Assembly (NCBI GenBank): GCA_015522345.1
Contig: WAML01000119.1
Coordinates: forward strand, 1 to 36,277
From: Desulfurococcales archaeon
GTDB lineage: Archaea; Thermoproteota; Thermoprotei_A; Sulfolobales; Desulfurococcaceae
Length of the DNA stretch: 36,277 bases
Direction: 5' to 3'
The notes under the pieces were generated by a model. That model was given only the letters and a program-made list of their open reading frames with translations, had not been told where the DNA came from and did no database searches. The stretch's first letter is position 1; every line of letters begins with the position of its first letter. Positions 1 to 8,383 of the stretch are shown here, in pieces. Both the position numbers and the translations under genes were made by a program.

Positions 1-1566
1 TATTGTCTAAGATATAGACACGATTTTATTGATGTAAAAAAGTATTGGAGATACCTAGCTCTACTCTTTCTAATACTATACTTCGCCATCATAATAGATG
101 ACTATATATTATTTATAGCATTACTAGAAGTGGCTACAATATTCTTTATACTATTGATTATCGTAGAGAAAACTAGCCATAGGGCTAGGTCTGTTGCTCG
201 TTTATATATGGTTGTAGATATTATTGCTAGTACAATACTTATAATGGGCTTTATGATGTTCTATTTAGAGACGGGATCTACATCGTTTACGTCAATAGTT
301 TATTCGAGAGAATACATTTACTCATCAATGTACGTAGCCCTGGGATTCATTATTAAATCAGGTCTATTTCCATTTCACTGGTGGCTTCCACGCGTATATG
401 GAGAAGCTCCACCTCCAATTTCGGCGTTGGCCAGCGGGTTTTTATCTAGTATAGGTGTTTATGAAGTTCTTTTTCTGAGTACTTTAGCTAAAGGATTTAC
501 TAACTATGTTGTAGTATATTTACTACTCATAGTTGGATTGGTTAGTATGCTCTATGGTAGTTCTGTTGCTCTTGTTCAAAGAGATGTGAAGAAACTCATA
601 GCGTATAGTACAATAGCTCATAACGGATACATAACTTTTCTCCTAGGACTAACAAACTATATTTATTTAAAACAAGGACTTGGGGCTTCTATAGTATCCT
701 CTATACTATATGCATCTATACTACTGTATATCCTGGGATATTCACTAACAAAAATAAGTCTCTTCTTGATTGCAGGTAAGCTGGAGGTTTTACTTGGAGT
801 AAGAGATATGTATAAATTTGGTGGGTTAAGGAAGTATATGCCGGTAACATATATTGTCTCTATAATAACAGCTTTCTCTTTAATAGGATTGCCTCCTACA
901 ATAAGCTTTCTCGCAAAATCTATTGTACACGTATCTCTTTTAAAAACGAGTTTATCGTTTATAACAGATGTTTCTATAGCAGGTTTTATATCGTTACTTA
1001 CTGCATCTTATATGATAAAGCTTATACATCACGTATTTCTATCAGAGTTAAGGCATGGTAGAATCTATAGTGTTGTTGTAAAACATATGCCTTGGGAAGA
1101 TAGAGTAGCATTAGCTTCAATAATTGTTCCACTCATACCAACTATAGTATTCTCTATACAACCAACATACTTAATCTACATGATTAATTCACTTATAAGC
1201 AAGTTTGGTCTATCTATAGATGTTAGCGAATATTTAGGAATATATCCGTTTATAGTATTTATATATTCAAGACCTCCACTACCACCGATATCTAAGGTTG
1301 AAGAAATATTCATAATATTAATTGCATTAACTACTATACCTCTATCTGCATTTACAGGGTTGTGGATATGGCTTCATATAGAGAAAATAAGCACTATATT
1401 CCATGAGTTAATGGATAGAGTGTATAGAAGGCATGTCCTCGATAGATTTTATCAAATAAAAACGTCTTTAGTAGACTTAATAGAGTCTTTTGAAGAAAAT
1501 TATATATTACCATTAATTATATCCCTATTACTGCTTTTAACTCTAGTAATACTTATAATCTTCTAA
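1..1566 (+). CDS. Mrp/Mnh-type antiporter-like large membrane subunit (MrpA/MrpD, NuoL/M/N family), 5' end cut by window edge
   Basis: The frame of the listed ORF (130..1566) stays open back to nt 1 (I translated 1-129 and found no stop), so the gene begins upstream of the window. Polytopic protein with antiporter-subunit motifs FPFHWWLPRVYGEAPPPISALASG and KKLIAYSTIAHNGY. Confidence 0.8.
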   Translation, partial: YCLRYRHDFIDVKKYWRYLALLFLILYFAIIIDDYILFIALLEVATIFFILLIIVEKTSHRARSVARLYMVVDIIASTILIMGFMMFYLETGSTSFTSIVYSREYIYSSMYVALGFIIKSGLFPFHWWLPRVYGEAPPPISALASGFLSSIGVYEVLFLSTLAKGFTNYVVVYLLLIVGLVSMLYGSSVALVQRDVKKLIAYSTIAHNGYITFLLGLTNYIYLKQGLGASIVSSILYASILLYILGYSLTKISLFLIAGKLEVLLGVRDMYKFGGLRKYMPVTYIVSIITAFSLIGLPPTISFLAKSIVHVSLLKTSLSFITDVSIAGFISLLTASYMIKLIHHVFLSELRHGRIYSVVVKHMPWEDRVALASIIVPLIPTIVFSIQPTYLIYMINSLISKFGLSIDVSEYLGIYPFIVFIYSRPPLPPISKVEEIFIILIALTTIPLSAFTGLWIWLHIEKISTIFHELMDRVYRRHVLDRFYQIKTSLVDLIESFEENYILPLIISLLLLLTLVILIIF

Positions 1567-1628
1567 GTAGAAGATAGACAGAGAATTTCATTCACTCTTA
1601 AACTATGTAAACACTTCTCTCTAAGGAA

Positions 1629-2474
1629 ATGACTTTCAATACAAATAATGTGGTAGAGTATATGTCGTGTAGAAGTAAGAGATGGCTGGGTATATTAATT
1701 GTTATCGTGAGTATAGTTGTAGTTGGAGTAGTCTATACGTTATCTACGAGCAAACTAATAGTGCCGATTAATACTCCTAATAGAAATATAGTGGAACAAT
1801 ATATTAGATTCGCATACAATCCATTCAATAAATCTTCGTCTCTAGTGCCAGCAATAGTGAATAGTATTGTATGGGATTTCCGTGGACTAGATACTCTTTT
1901 TGAAACAATAGTTTTCTATACAGCAATTATAGCTTCTATAGCCATATACCATGAGTACTTGACCGAGACGTATCTCGATACTGTAGAACTATCTAAAATA
2001 CCTAAGACAGTTGCTATACTAGTCATCGGAGCTTCAATTGCTATAGGGCTCGCTGTAGCTTTTAAAGGACATTTAACTCCAGGTGGAGGTTTTCAAGGAG
2101 GAGCAGTAATAGCGGCTACATTATTTATTTTAGCAGCTACATGGTCTACGTACTACATTAGTAAATTAGGTATTTCTGTGAAACATTTAATTGTACTAAG
2201 ATCTCTTGGTCTTCTAGGAATAATCCTCCTATCCTTCTACCCACTAGTCTATTGTTTACTCAACAGCTGTTCTGCATTTATTTTCCAGAATCAATGGAAG
2301 GATAATAGTGGTTATCTAGGCTACAGATACTATATGGGAGACGATCCTGTCTCTCTCACCATAATATTCTATAACGTTTTTGAATCAATAGCTATTGCAA
2401 ACGGCTTCATTATCCTCTTGTATATACTTGTTGTCTCCGGCTATAGAGAGAAATTTGAAGAGGAGAGCTCATGA
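1629..2474 (+). CDS. Mrp/Mnh antiporter subunit B-like membrane protein (MnhB domain)
   Basis: GHLTPGGGFQGGAVIA matches the MnhB/MrpB-domain signature. Several TM helices. Lies between two MrpD-like genes. Confidence 0.75.
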   Translation: MTFNTNNVVEYMSCRSKRWLGILIVIVSIVVVGVVYTLSTSKLIVPINTPNRNIVEQYIRFAYNPFNKSSSLVPAIVNSIVWDFRGLDTLFETIVFYTAIIASIAIYHEYLTETYLDTVELSKIPKTVAILVIGASIAIGLAVAFKGHLTPGGGFQGGAVIAATLFILAATWSTYYISKLGISVKHLIVLRSLGLLGIILLSFYPLVYCLLNSCSAFIFQNQWKDNSGYLGYRYYMGDDPVSLTIIFYNVFESIAIANGFIILLYILVVSGYREKFEEESS

Positions 2475-2893
2475 ACTACGAATTTACAGTATTAAATATA
2501 CTAGTATTAGCGTTATTAGCGAATATAGTGTTTGGCGTCTATGGATTAATAGTAAAACGTAATTTAATAAAGAAGATCATTGCCCTCAATATAGCTAGCG
2601 ATAGTGTTTGTGTACTAGCTATTTATATAGGGTATAGGATGCCCCATGCTATTCCACCAGTACATGTACTGCCTTATAGTGAATCTAAAGTAGTAGAGCT
2701 AGTTAACTATAGTGTAGATCCTCTAGTCCAAGCTCTAGTATTAACAGCTATAGTTATAGGACTCGGTTTTACAGTCTACTTATCTATAATCACTATTAGG
2801 ATCTATGAATTAAGTGGTTCTCTAGACATTCACTCACTTCTACGTATGGAAATGCATACTGAAGAAATTGAAGAGGCTGAAGAAATTGATTGA
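2471..2893 (+). CDS. Mrp/Mnh antiporter subunit C (NuoK-like)
   Basis: 140 aa with three hydrophobic helices, positioned between the B- and D-like subunits. ATGA start/stop overlap with the upstream gene. Acidic tail EEIEEAEEID. Confidence 0.65.
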   Translation: MNYEFTVLNILVLALLANIVFGVYGLIVKRNLIKKIIALNIASDSVCVLAIYIGYRMPHAIPPVHVLPYSESKVVELVNYSVDPLVQALVLTAIVIGLGFTVYLSIITIRIYELSGSLDIHSLLRMEMHTEEIEEAEEID

Positions 2894-4391
2894 CTATCAA
2901 ACACTATTCTCTCTAACGCCGCTACTCCTGGTATTCAATGCAGTAATAATACCCTTAGCTAGTGTAGTATATAAAAAGAAGGTCTTGCTTGAACTAGTGT
3001 TTTCTATAGCATTAGCAGTCAACTTCCTGCTTACATCACTAGTATTTCTACGAATATCTACTGGCGCTACAATAGACTATTGTTTTGCAGGATGGAGTAA
3101 ACCACTTGGAATATGCTATAGCGTTAACGCATATAACGGATTTATTGCTTTTCTAGTATCATCTATAGCTTTAGCCATAGGCTTATACTCTATATGGTAT
3201 TCAAGGCATTTGAGAAACTATGTGTACTTCTACACACTATACTTAATCCACTTAAGTGGATTACTAGGATTCATTTACACCACAGATATCTTCAACATAT
3301 ACGTAATGATCGAAGTAGTTGGGCTTTCAGCTTACTCTCTAGTATCCCTGCATCATCATAGACTAAAGGCCCTAGTCTCATCTATACGCTATGCTTTACT
3401 AGGAGCCTTATACTCGATATTATTCCTGTTCTCTATAATACTGCTCTACAATTATGTGGGTGTACTTAGTATAGACTATATTATTTATAGAACAGCTGTT
3501 GTTGACCTAAGTATAGAGGTAGCCATTATATTCATACTAGTGACTATATGGTTTAGTTTATTCTTATCAGCTATATTCCCTAATCACTTCTGGCTACCAG
3601 ACGCTCATACGGAAGCTCCTATACCTGCATCGGCTATACTGTCTGGTTTAACAGTAATTGCAGGTTTCTACCTAGTATCTCGGATAATGCGTATAATAAT
3701 TTTGGTCGACAGCTATTATGCAGTGGGCATCAATTATATTCTAAGCAATATACTCTTAGTGTTTTCAACGATAAATGTATTCTATGGAGTAGTAATGCTA
3801 TCTATAGAAGATGATGTAAAGCGTATACTAGCATATAGTACGCTACTAAATATGGGCTATATATTCATGGGATTAAGCCTAGGAACACCACTAGGTATTG
3901 CAGCATCACTACTGCATATATTAAACCATTCTATCGGAAAAGCACTTGCTTTCTTGAGCATAGGGTATATTATTAGAAAGTATAGAACACGAAACATATA
4001 CTCACTAGAGGGTAAAGGTAGAGAAAACCCTGTAACTACGTTGTTTCTTGCAATAGCTTTACTCCACTTAATAGGTATTCCACCAACTGGCGGATTTTAT
4101 AGCAAGCTATTATTGTTTCAAGCATTTGTTGAAGTTGGTGCATACTATAGTGCTATTACAGTTGTTATAGGTACTGCACTATCTGTTTATGGCTATACTA
4201 GACTGCTTGAACACTTATGGCATCCACCAGTATATCCTACGCTAGAGTCTAAGAGAGTAGAGCATTTACCAGTAACCGTACTAGCTTCATTCACTGTACT
4301 CGCTACATCAATATTCTTAGTAAGCATATTATATCCATCAATAAACGAGTTCTTAATTAACATAGGTATTGAATTATTTGAAGCATTGTAG
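2868..4391 (+). CDS. Mrp/Mnh antiporter subunit D (NuoM/N-like proton-conducting subunit)
   Basis: FPNHFWLPDAHTEAPIPASAILSG and KRILAYSTLLNMGY motifs in a long polytopic protein. TTG start at 2868 (alternative TTG 2886) overlaps the end of the C subunit. Confidence 0.8.
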   Translation: MKRLKKLIDYQTLFSLTPLLLVFNAVIIPLASVVYKKKVLLELVFSIALAVNFLLTSLVFLRISTGATIDYCFAGWSKPLGICYSVNAYNGFIAFLVSSIALAIGLYSIWYSRHLRNYVYFYTLYLIHLSGLLGFIYTTDIFNIYVMIEVVGLSAYSLVSLHHHRLKALVSSIRYALLGALYSILFLFSIILLYNYVGVLSIDYIIYRTAVVDLSIEVAIIFILVTIWFSLFLSAIFPNHFWLPDAHTEAPIPASAILSGLTVIAGFYLVSRIMRIIILVDSYYAVGINYILSNILLVFSTINVFYGVVMLSIEDDVKRILAYSTLLNMGYIFMGLSLGTPLGIAASLLHILNHSIGKALAFLSIGYIIRKYRTRNIYSLEGKGRENPVTTLFLAIALLHLIGIPPTGGFYSKLLLFQAFVEVGAYYSAITVVIGTALSVYGYTRLLEHLWHPPVYPTLESKRVEHLPVTVLASFTVLATSIFLVSILYPSINEFLINIGIELFEAL

Positions 4392-4401
4392 GTGCAAACA
4401 T

Positions 4402-5769
4402 TTATTGTTGAACAGAGAATTCTTTCTTAATACACTTATCCTCTAGATTACTCGATAGAGTCAGTAAGTTATTGAATGCTTCATCAATTGTATCTCTGGA
4501 AACTAGTGCCAGGAGTTTCCTTAATAGTCTTTCAATATTCTTTGTTCTCCTAGCTTTCTCTATTTCTCCCCTCAATTGCTTGTATAAACCTATTTTATCT
4601 ATTACTTCATTGAACTCAGGTTTATCAATACATTCTTTAATGTATTCTGAAATCTTTTTGTATAGCAAGATAATTTGTTGTCCTTTATTCCTTATCCCAT
4701 GGTATTCTGTAAGCATATTAACTGCTTCTTCACTATATCCATAGGATGCTAGTATAAGTAGTGATTTAGGGCTTGACTGATATTTTACAGCCATTGCTTC
4801 TGGATATAGTTTTGACTTTACTTCAATAGTGTATGGTCTATAGTTATCCCTTGAATCATACCTTATGAAGACGCTTCTACTATAGAGTATTTTCTTAGCT
4901 TTTTCAATGAATTCACTTAATTCACTATAGGACTTCAACTCTATTAATTCAATAGGTACTGTCTCCCACTCAAGTATCTTCTTTGACTCAGATACTGTAA
5001 GTAGTGTACCATCGGGTTTACGTATTGTTAGCAAGTATAGTTTGAACGAACTAATATCATACAACTCTACATTCGGCTTAAGTATTGCTGGCTCTGGAGG
5101 CTCTAGAATAAAAGTTATTGTCCATTTAGGGCTGAACTTAACTATTTTATCGTATAAGCCTATTTGTTTAGCGAGTTCATAGGCTATGTATGCTCTAGGA
5201 TTTATTACTTCATTGATATCTTCTACTATAAGTTGTCTACCCAAGAACTGCATGTTATGCATTAGATACTTTGTTGCTGGAACCCACTTCTTTATAAATG
5301 GGTTATAGTAGAATGTTATCTGGTATCCATCTACTCTATGCGTTACTTCGGTAACCCTATATTCTCTTGGATCAAGTATTTTTACTCTCCTACCCTCTAT
5401 ATCGTGGCTCCTATGTATTGGATAAGCTATTGTTTCTACACTACCATCTCTCCCTATATACAGTATAGTTCCAGTAGCATCTATGCTTACGGGGAAGTAT
5501 CTTATATACATACGTGGGTTCCACGAATAAATACAGAGTTCTCCATTAGATACTTCTATACAGTTCTTTTGTATAAGTCGAGTAAACACGTCTATGTACC
5601 TTCCTTTAACAACACTAATTTTCTTAGAAGGTTCTCCCAAGAGACTGCCTATATACTTTATTTCATCTGGTGATGGTTCGTAGCCTTTTTCTACAGCATT
5701 GATAAATTCTTCAACAATACATATACTATTGCCCATGCATTTCTCAAACAATTTCTCTCCACCCAGCAT
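4402..5769 (-). CDS. Uncharacterised 455-aa protein with an Rnl3/Pab1020-type RNA-ligase-like motif pattern; motif-I lysine position is arginine
   Basis: The long ORF is clearly real. VTHRVDGYQITF (aa 142-153) fits nucleotidyltransferase motif I KxDGxN except for R145 (codon 5335-5337). FILEPPEP (motif III-like), FKLYLLTIRKPDG (IIIa-like) and IEVKSK (motif V-like KxK) follow in the right order. Only the functional call is low confidence. Confidence 0.45.
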   Translation of the reverse strand: MLGGEKLFEKCMGNSICIVEEFINAVEKGYEPSPDEIKYIGSLLGEPSKKISVVKGRYIDVFTRLIQKNCIEVSNGELCIYSWNPRMYIRYFPVSIDATGTILYIGRDGSVETIAYPIHRSHDIEGRRVKILDPREYRVTEVTHRVDGYQITFYYNPFIKKWVPATKYLMHNMQFLGRQLIVEDINEVINPRAYIAYELAKQIGLYDKIVKFSPKWTITFILEPPEPAILKPNVELYDISSFKLYLLTIRKPDGTLLTVSESKKILEWETVPIELIELKSYSELSEFIEKAKKILYSRSVFIRYDSRDNYRPYTIEVKSKLYPEAMAVKYQSSPKSLLILASYGYSEEAVNMLTEYHGIRNKGQQIILLYKKISEYIKECIDKPEFNEVIDKIGLYKQLRGEIEKARRTKNIERLLRKLLALVSRDTIDEAFNNLLTLSSNLEDKCIKKEFSVQQ

Positions 5770-5893
5770 CTTTATCTAAACACTATCTATGTTAGCTAGA
5801 TTGATAAGTAAATCTATAGAGTGTTAAATAGAGACTTGTTCTTATAGTGCTAGAGTATATTAGGCATAGTATAATATTATGTAATTATGGAGT

Positions 5894-5945
5894 GTGCTGA
5901 AAACGGCCGATGCTGAAGCATGGTGATGACCAACACCTAGGCTTA
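5894..5945 (+). ncRNA. Candidate box C/D sRNA-like module A
   Basis: GUGCUGA(5894-5900)-12 nt-CUGA(5913-5916)-6 nt-GUGAUGA(5923-5929)-12 nt-CUUA(5942-5945). Spacing is exactly that of an archaeal C/D sRNA. The outer boxes are imperfect and the inner boxes perfect. Lies in a GC-enriched island. Confidence 0.3.
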
Positions 5946-6079
5946 GATGGGATGAAGAAGCTGGCCTGTACAGATACTGTGGAAACTACTGGCTTGATGA
6001 AGAACCTTCGCTTTCCAGACCGATGGTTATTAGTAAATTTTACTGTTTCTCTAGTATACTAGGCGATTTCATCCAAAAT

Positions 6080-6129
6080 GTGAAGAAACCAACGTGGACT
6101 GAATATGTGATGAAATCGGCCTCTGCAGA
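6080..6129 (+). ncRNA. Candidate box C/D sRNA-like module B
   Basis: GUGAAGA(6080-6086)-12 nt-CUGA(6099-6102)-4 nt-GUGAUGA(6107-6113)-12 nt-CAGA(6126-6129). Same architecture as module A, again with degenerate terminal C and D boxes. Confidence 0.3.
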
Positions 6130-6149
6130 TCATGTTTAATGGTGGTTTT

Positions 6150-6872
6150 ATGGAGCTTTATATAGGTACTAGTGGTTGGAGCTATAGTTGGAACCCTAAT
6201 GGGTTTAAATGGTATGTTAGAAATTCTAGATTAAACGCTGTTGAACTCAATGCTAGCTTCTATAGAATACCTTATAAGACTATAGTGGTTTCTTGGAGTA
6301 GGCTTGGTAAAGAACTTAGGTGGTCTATTAAAGTCTATAGAGCAGTAACTCACTGGTATAAACTAAAGGCTCCTAGGTCGCTTGAAATATTTAATTATTT
6401 CAGAAGAGTTTTTGAGCCTTTGGAGAGCATTGGTGTTATAGATTTTTATTTATTTCAGTTACCACCATCGTTTCATGCATCGATTAAAAACTGGTCTAGG
6501 ATTGAAGAAATTGCTTCTAAGACAGAGCTTGGAGAGAGGATGGCTATTGAGTGGAGGCATAGGTCTTGGTTTTCTCATGAATGGCTTGACCGAGCAAAGT
6601 CTCTTGGAGTAACAATTGTCTCTGTAGATTCTCCAGAAATAATATACTATACTAGAACTAGTGAGAGTGTATACGTTAGAATGCATGGTAGAAGCTACTG
6701 GTATAGCCACTACTATACAGATGAAGAACTACTTGATGTTATAAGGAATGTATTGAGGCTTAAGCCTAAGAAGATCTATGTTTTCTTTAACAACGACCAC
6801 GCTATGCTTGAGAATGCTCGTAGGATGATGGAGTTGTTTAGAAAGTGTTTAGAAGACAATGCTTGTTTATAA
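6150..6872 (+). CDS. DUF72 (UPF0759) family protein
   Basis: N-terminal MELYIGTSGWSY, then FYR and IEWRHRSWF motifs typical of DUF72. The ORF opens at ATG 6132, but ATG 6150 follows a GGTGG SD-like motif and gives the family-typical N-terminus. Confidence 0.8.
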   Translation: MELYIGTSGWSYSWNPNGFKWYVRNSRLNAVELNASFYRIPYKTIVVSWSRLGKELRWSIKVYRAVTHWYKLKAPRSLEIFNYFRRVFEPLESIGVIDFYLFQLPPSFHASIKNWSRIEEIASKTELGERMAIEWRHRSWFSHEWLDRAKSLGVTIVSVDSPEIIYYTRTSESVYVRMHGRSYWYSHYYTDEELLDVIRNVLRLKPKKIYVFFNNDHAMLENARRMMELFRKCLEDNACL

Positions 6873-6877
6873 ACGTG

Positions 6878-6882
6878 TTTTT
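6878..6882 (+). terminator. Oligo-T tract after the DUF72 gene
   Basis: TTTTT 6 nt after the stop codon. Archaeal terminators are oligo-T runs. Confidence 0.3.
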
Positions 6883-6910
6883 CCCAGCATTATTTTATTG
6901 GGGGAAGAAA

Positions 6911-6921
6911 TATTTAAAATA
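6911..6921 (+). promoter_or_regulatory. TATA-box-like element for the rps13 operon
   Basis: TATTTAAAATA about 68 nt upstream of the TTG start at 6989. A GGTGAT SD lies at 6976-6981. Confidence 0.35.
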
Positions 6922-6988
6922 GGTTCTAGAATAGGTTTCCTAAGGTGCATGTAACGGGGGAGAGATATAGATTTAGGTGATGCAGTAG

Positions 6989-7441
6989 TTGAGTGCTTCA
7001 GCGTTTAAGTATATTGTGAGAATAGCTGGCACAGATATTGATGGTAGTTTAAAGACTGCATATGGTCTAGCAGAGATCAAAGGTATTGGTGTAAACTTAG
7101 CTTATGCATTATGTAGAGCACTCGGTATTGATCCTGAGAAGAGAATTGGTTATTTAACTGATTCCGAAGTCAAAAAGATTGAAGAAGCTCTAAAGAATCC
7201 TCTTGCATATGGAATAGCTCCTTGGATGCTTAATCGTAGGAAAGACTATGAGACAGGCAAAGACATGCATTTAATTGGGGCCGAACTCATATTCTATGTA
7301 AAACAGGATATTGAGAGAGAAAAGAGGATAAAGAGCTACCGCGGTATAAGGCATGCTCTTGGATTAAAGGTCCGTGGACAGAGAACACGTACTACTGGAC
7401 GTACAGGTATAACTGTTGGTGTAAAGAAGAGGAGGAAGTAG
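6989..7441 (+). CDS. rps13: 30S ribosomal protein S13 (uS13)
   Basis: FKYIVRIAGTDIDG...GIGVNLAYALCRALGID. Canonical first gene of the S13-S4-S11-rpoD string. Confidence 0.95.
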   Translation: MSASAFKYIVRIAGTDIDGSLKTAYGLAEIKGIGVNLAYALCRALGIDPEKRIGYLTDSEVKKIEEALKNPLAYGIAPWMLNRRKDYETGKDMHLIGAELIFYVKQDIEREKRIKSYRGIRHALGLKVRGQRTRTTGRTGITVGVKKRRK

Positions 7442-7456
7442 CCTGGGGTGGTCTAA

Positions 7457-7969
7457 ATGGGTGATCCACGTAAACCTCGTAAGAAATGGGAAGGACCTGG
7501 CCATCCCTGGAGAAAAGAGCGTTTACTCCAGGAAATGAAGCTTGTTGGAGAATATGGGCTACGTAATAAACGTGAGTTGTGGATAGCTCAAACACTTGTC
7601 CGTAAATTCCGTCACCAAGCACGTGCACTACTTGCTGTACCTCGTGAAATACGTGAGGAGAGAGAAAGAGCTCTCCTTCATAGATTATACGAATTAGGTC
7701 TTCTACCCGAGAATGCTACTCTCGATGACGTTCTATCATTAACTACTGAAGATATTCTCGAGAGGAGGCTACAGACTATAGTCTATAGGAAGGGATTGGC
7801 TAAGACAATATATCAGGCTCGACAACTCATAGTCCATGGACACATAGCTATTGGTGGACGTAGAGTTACTGCTCCAGGATACCTTGTTAGAAGAGATGAA
7901 GAAGATTTAATAGATTATGCACCTACAAGTCCCTTCAAGAAAATGGCTGAAGAACAAGCTAGTGGGTGA
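7457..7969 (+). CDS. rps4: 30S ribosomal protein S4 (uS4)
   Basis: [19 protein letters not shown]-terminus and a C-terminal S4 RNA-binding domain ([18 protein letters not shown]). Confidence 0.95.
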   Translation: MGDPRKPRKKWEGPGHPWRKERLLQEMKLVGEYGLRNKRELWIAQTLVRKFRHQARALLAVPREIREERERALLHRLYELGLLPENATLDDVLSLTTEDILERRLQTIVYRKGLAKTIYQARQLIVHGHIAIGGRRVTAPGYLVRRDEEDLIDYAPTSPFKKMAEEQASG

Positions 7970-7974
7970 AGAAC

Positions 7975-8376
7975 ATGGCTTTCTCTCTACGTGAACTAAA
8001 ATGGGGTGTAGCCCACATATATAGTTCACCAAATAACACCATAATACATATAACTGATTTAACTGGAGCTGAAACAGTTAGTAGAGCTAGTGGTGGAATG
8101 GTTGTAAAAGCTGATCGTGAGAAACCTAGTCCATATGCTGCAATGCTTGCTGCAAGCCGTGTAGCTACAGAAGCTATGGATAAAGGAATTACTGCTCTCC
8201 ACATAAAAGTAAGAGCTCCTGGAGGACATGGCCCTAAAACACCTGGTCCTGGAGCTCAAGCAGCTATACGTGCACTAGCTCGTGCAGGCTTCATTATTGG
8301 TAGAATAGAAGATGTTACACCACTTCCACACGATACAACGCGTAGGCCTGGAGGAAGACGTGGTAGGAGAGTCTAA
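7975..8376 (+). CDS. rps11: 30S ribosomal protein S11 (uS11)
   Basis: [25 protein letters not shown]...[14 protein letters not shown] 7975 follows a GGGTGA SD. The ORF opens at GTG 7966. Confidence 0.93.
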   Translation: MAFSLRELKWGVAHIYSSPNNTIIHITDLTGAETVSRASGGMVVKADREKPSPYAAMLAASRVATEAMDKGITALHIKVRAPGGHGPKTPGPGAQAAIRALARAGFIIGRIEDVTPLPHDTTRRPGGRRGRRV

Positions 8377-8377
8377 G

Positions 8378-8383
8378 TTTTTT
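8378..8383 (+). terminator. T6 tract between rps11 and rpoD (possible partial terminator/attenuator)
   Basis: TTTTTT starts 2 nt after the rps11 stop. It is followed by GGTGAT and the rpoD TTG start. Confidence 0.2.

Noticed and set aside
5891-6030. Possibility that the GC island is RNase P RNA, SRP RNA or an H/ACA sRNA
   Set aside because: GGCUUA and ACAGA-like strings are present, but in the wrong order and context for RNase P CR-IV/V. There is no GGAAAGUCC (CR-I), no SRP-type terminal helices, and no hairpin-ACA arrangement.
5905-6120. Long-range complementarity GGCCGAU (5905-5911) / AUCGGCC (6114-6120) that would close the whole island into one stem
   Set aside because: It is only 7 nt and built around the palindromic GGCC core. 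About one or two such matches are expected by chance among all position pairs in a 240-nt region.
5930-6139. 69-codon stop-free plus-strand frame through the GC island (…DEEAGLYRYCGNYWLDEEPSLSRPMVISKF…)
   Set aside because: The only in-frame ATG/GTG/TTG is at 6023, which gives just 38 aa. Open frames are expected by chance in locally GC-rich sequence, because stop codons are AT-rich. The translation shows no recognisable family.
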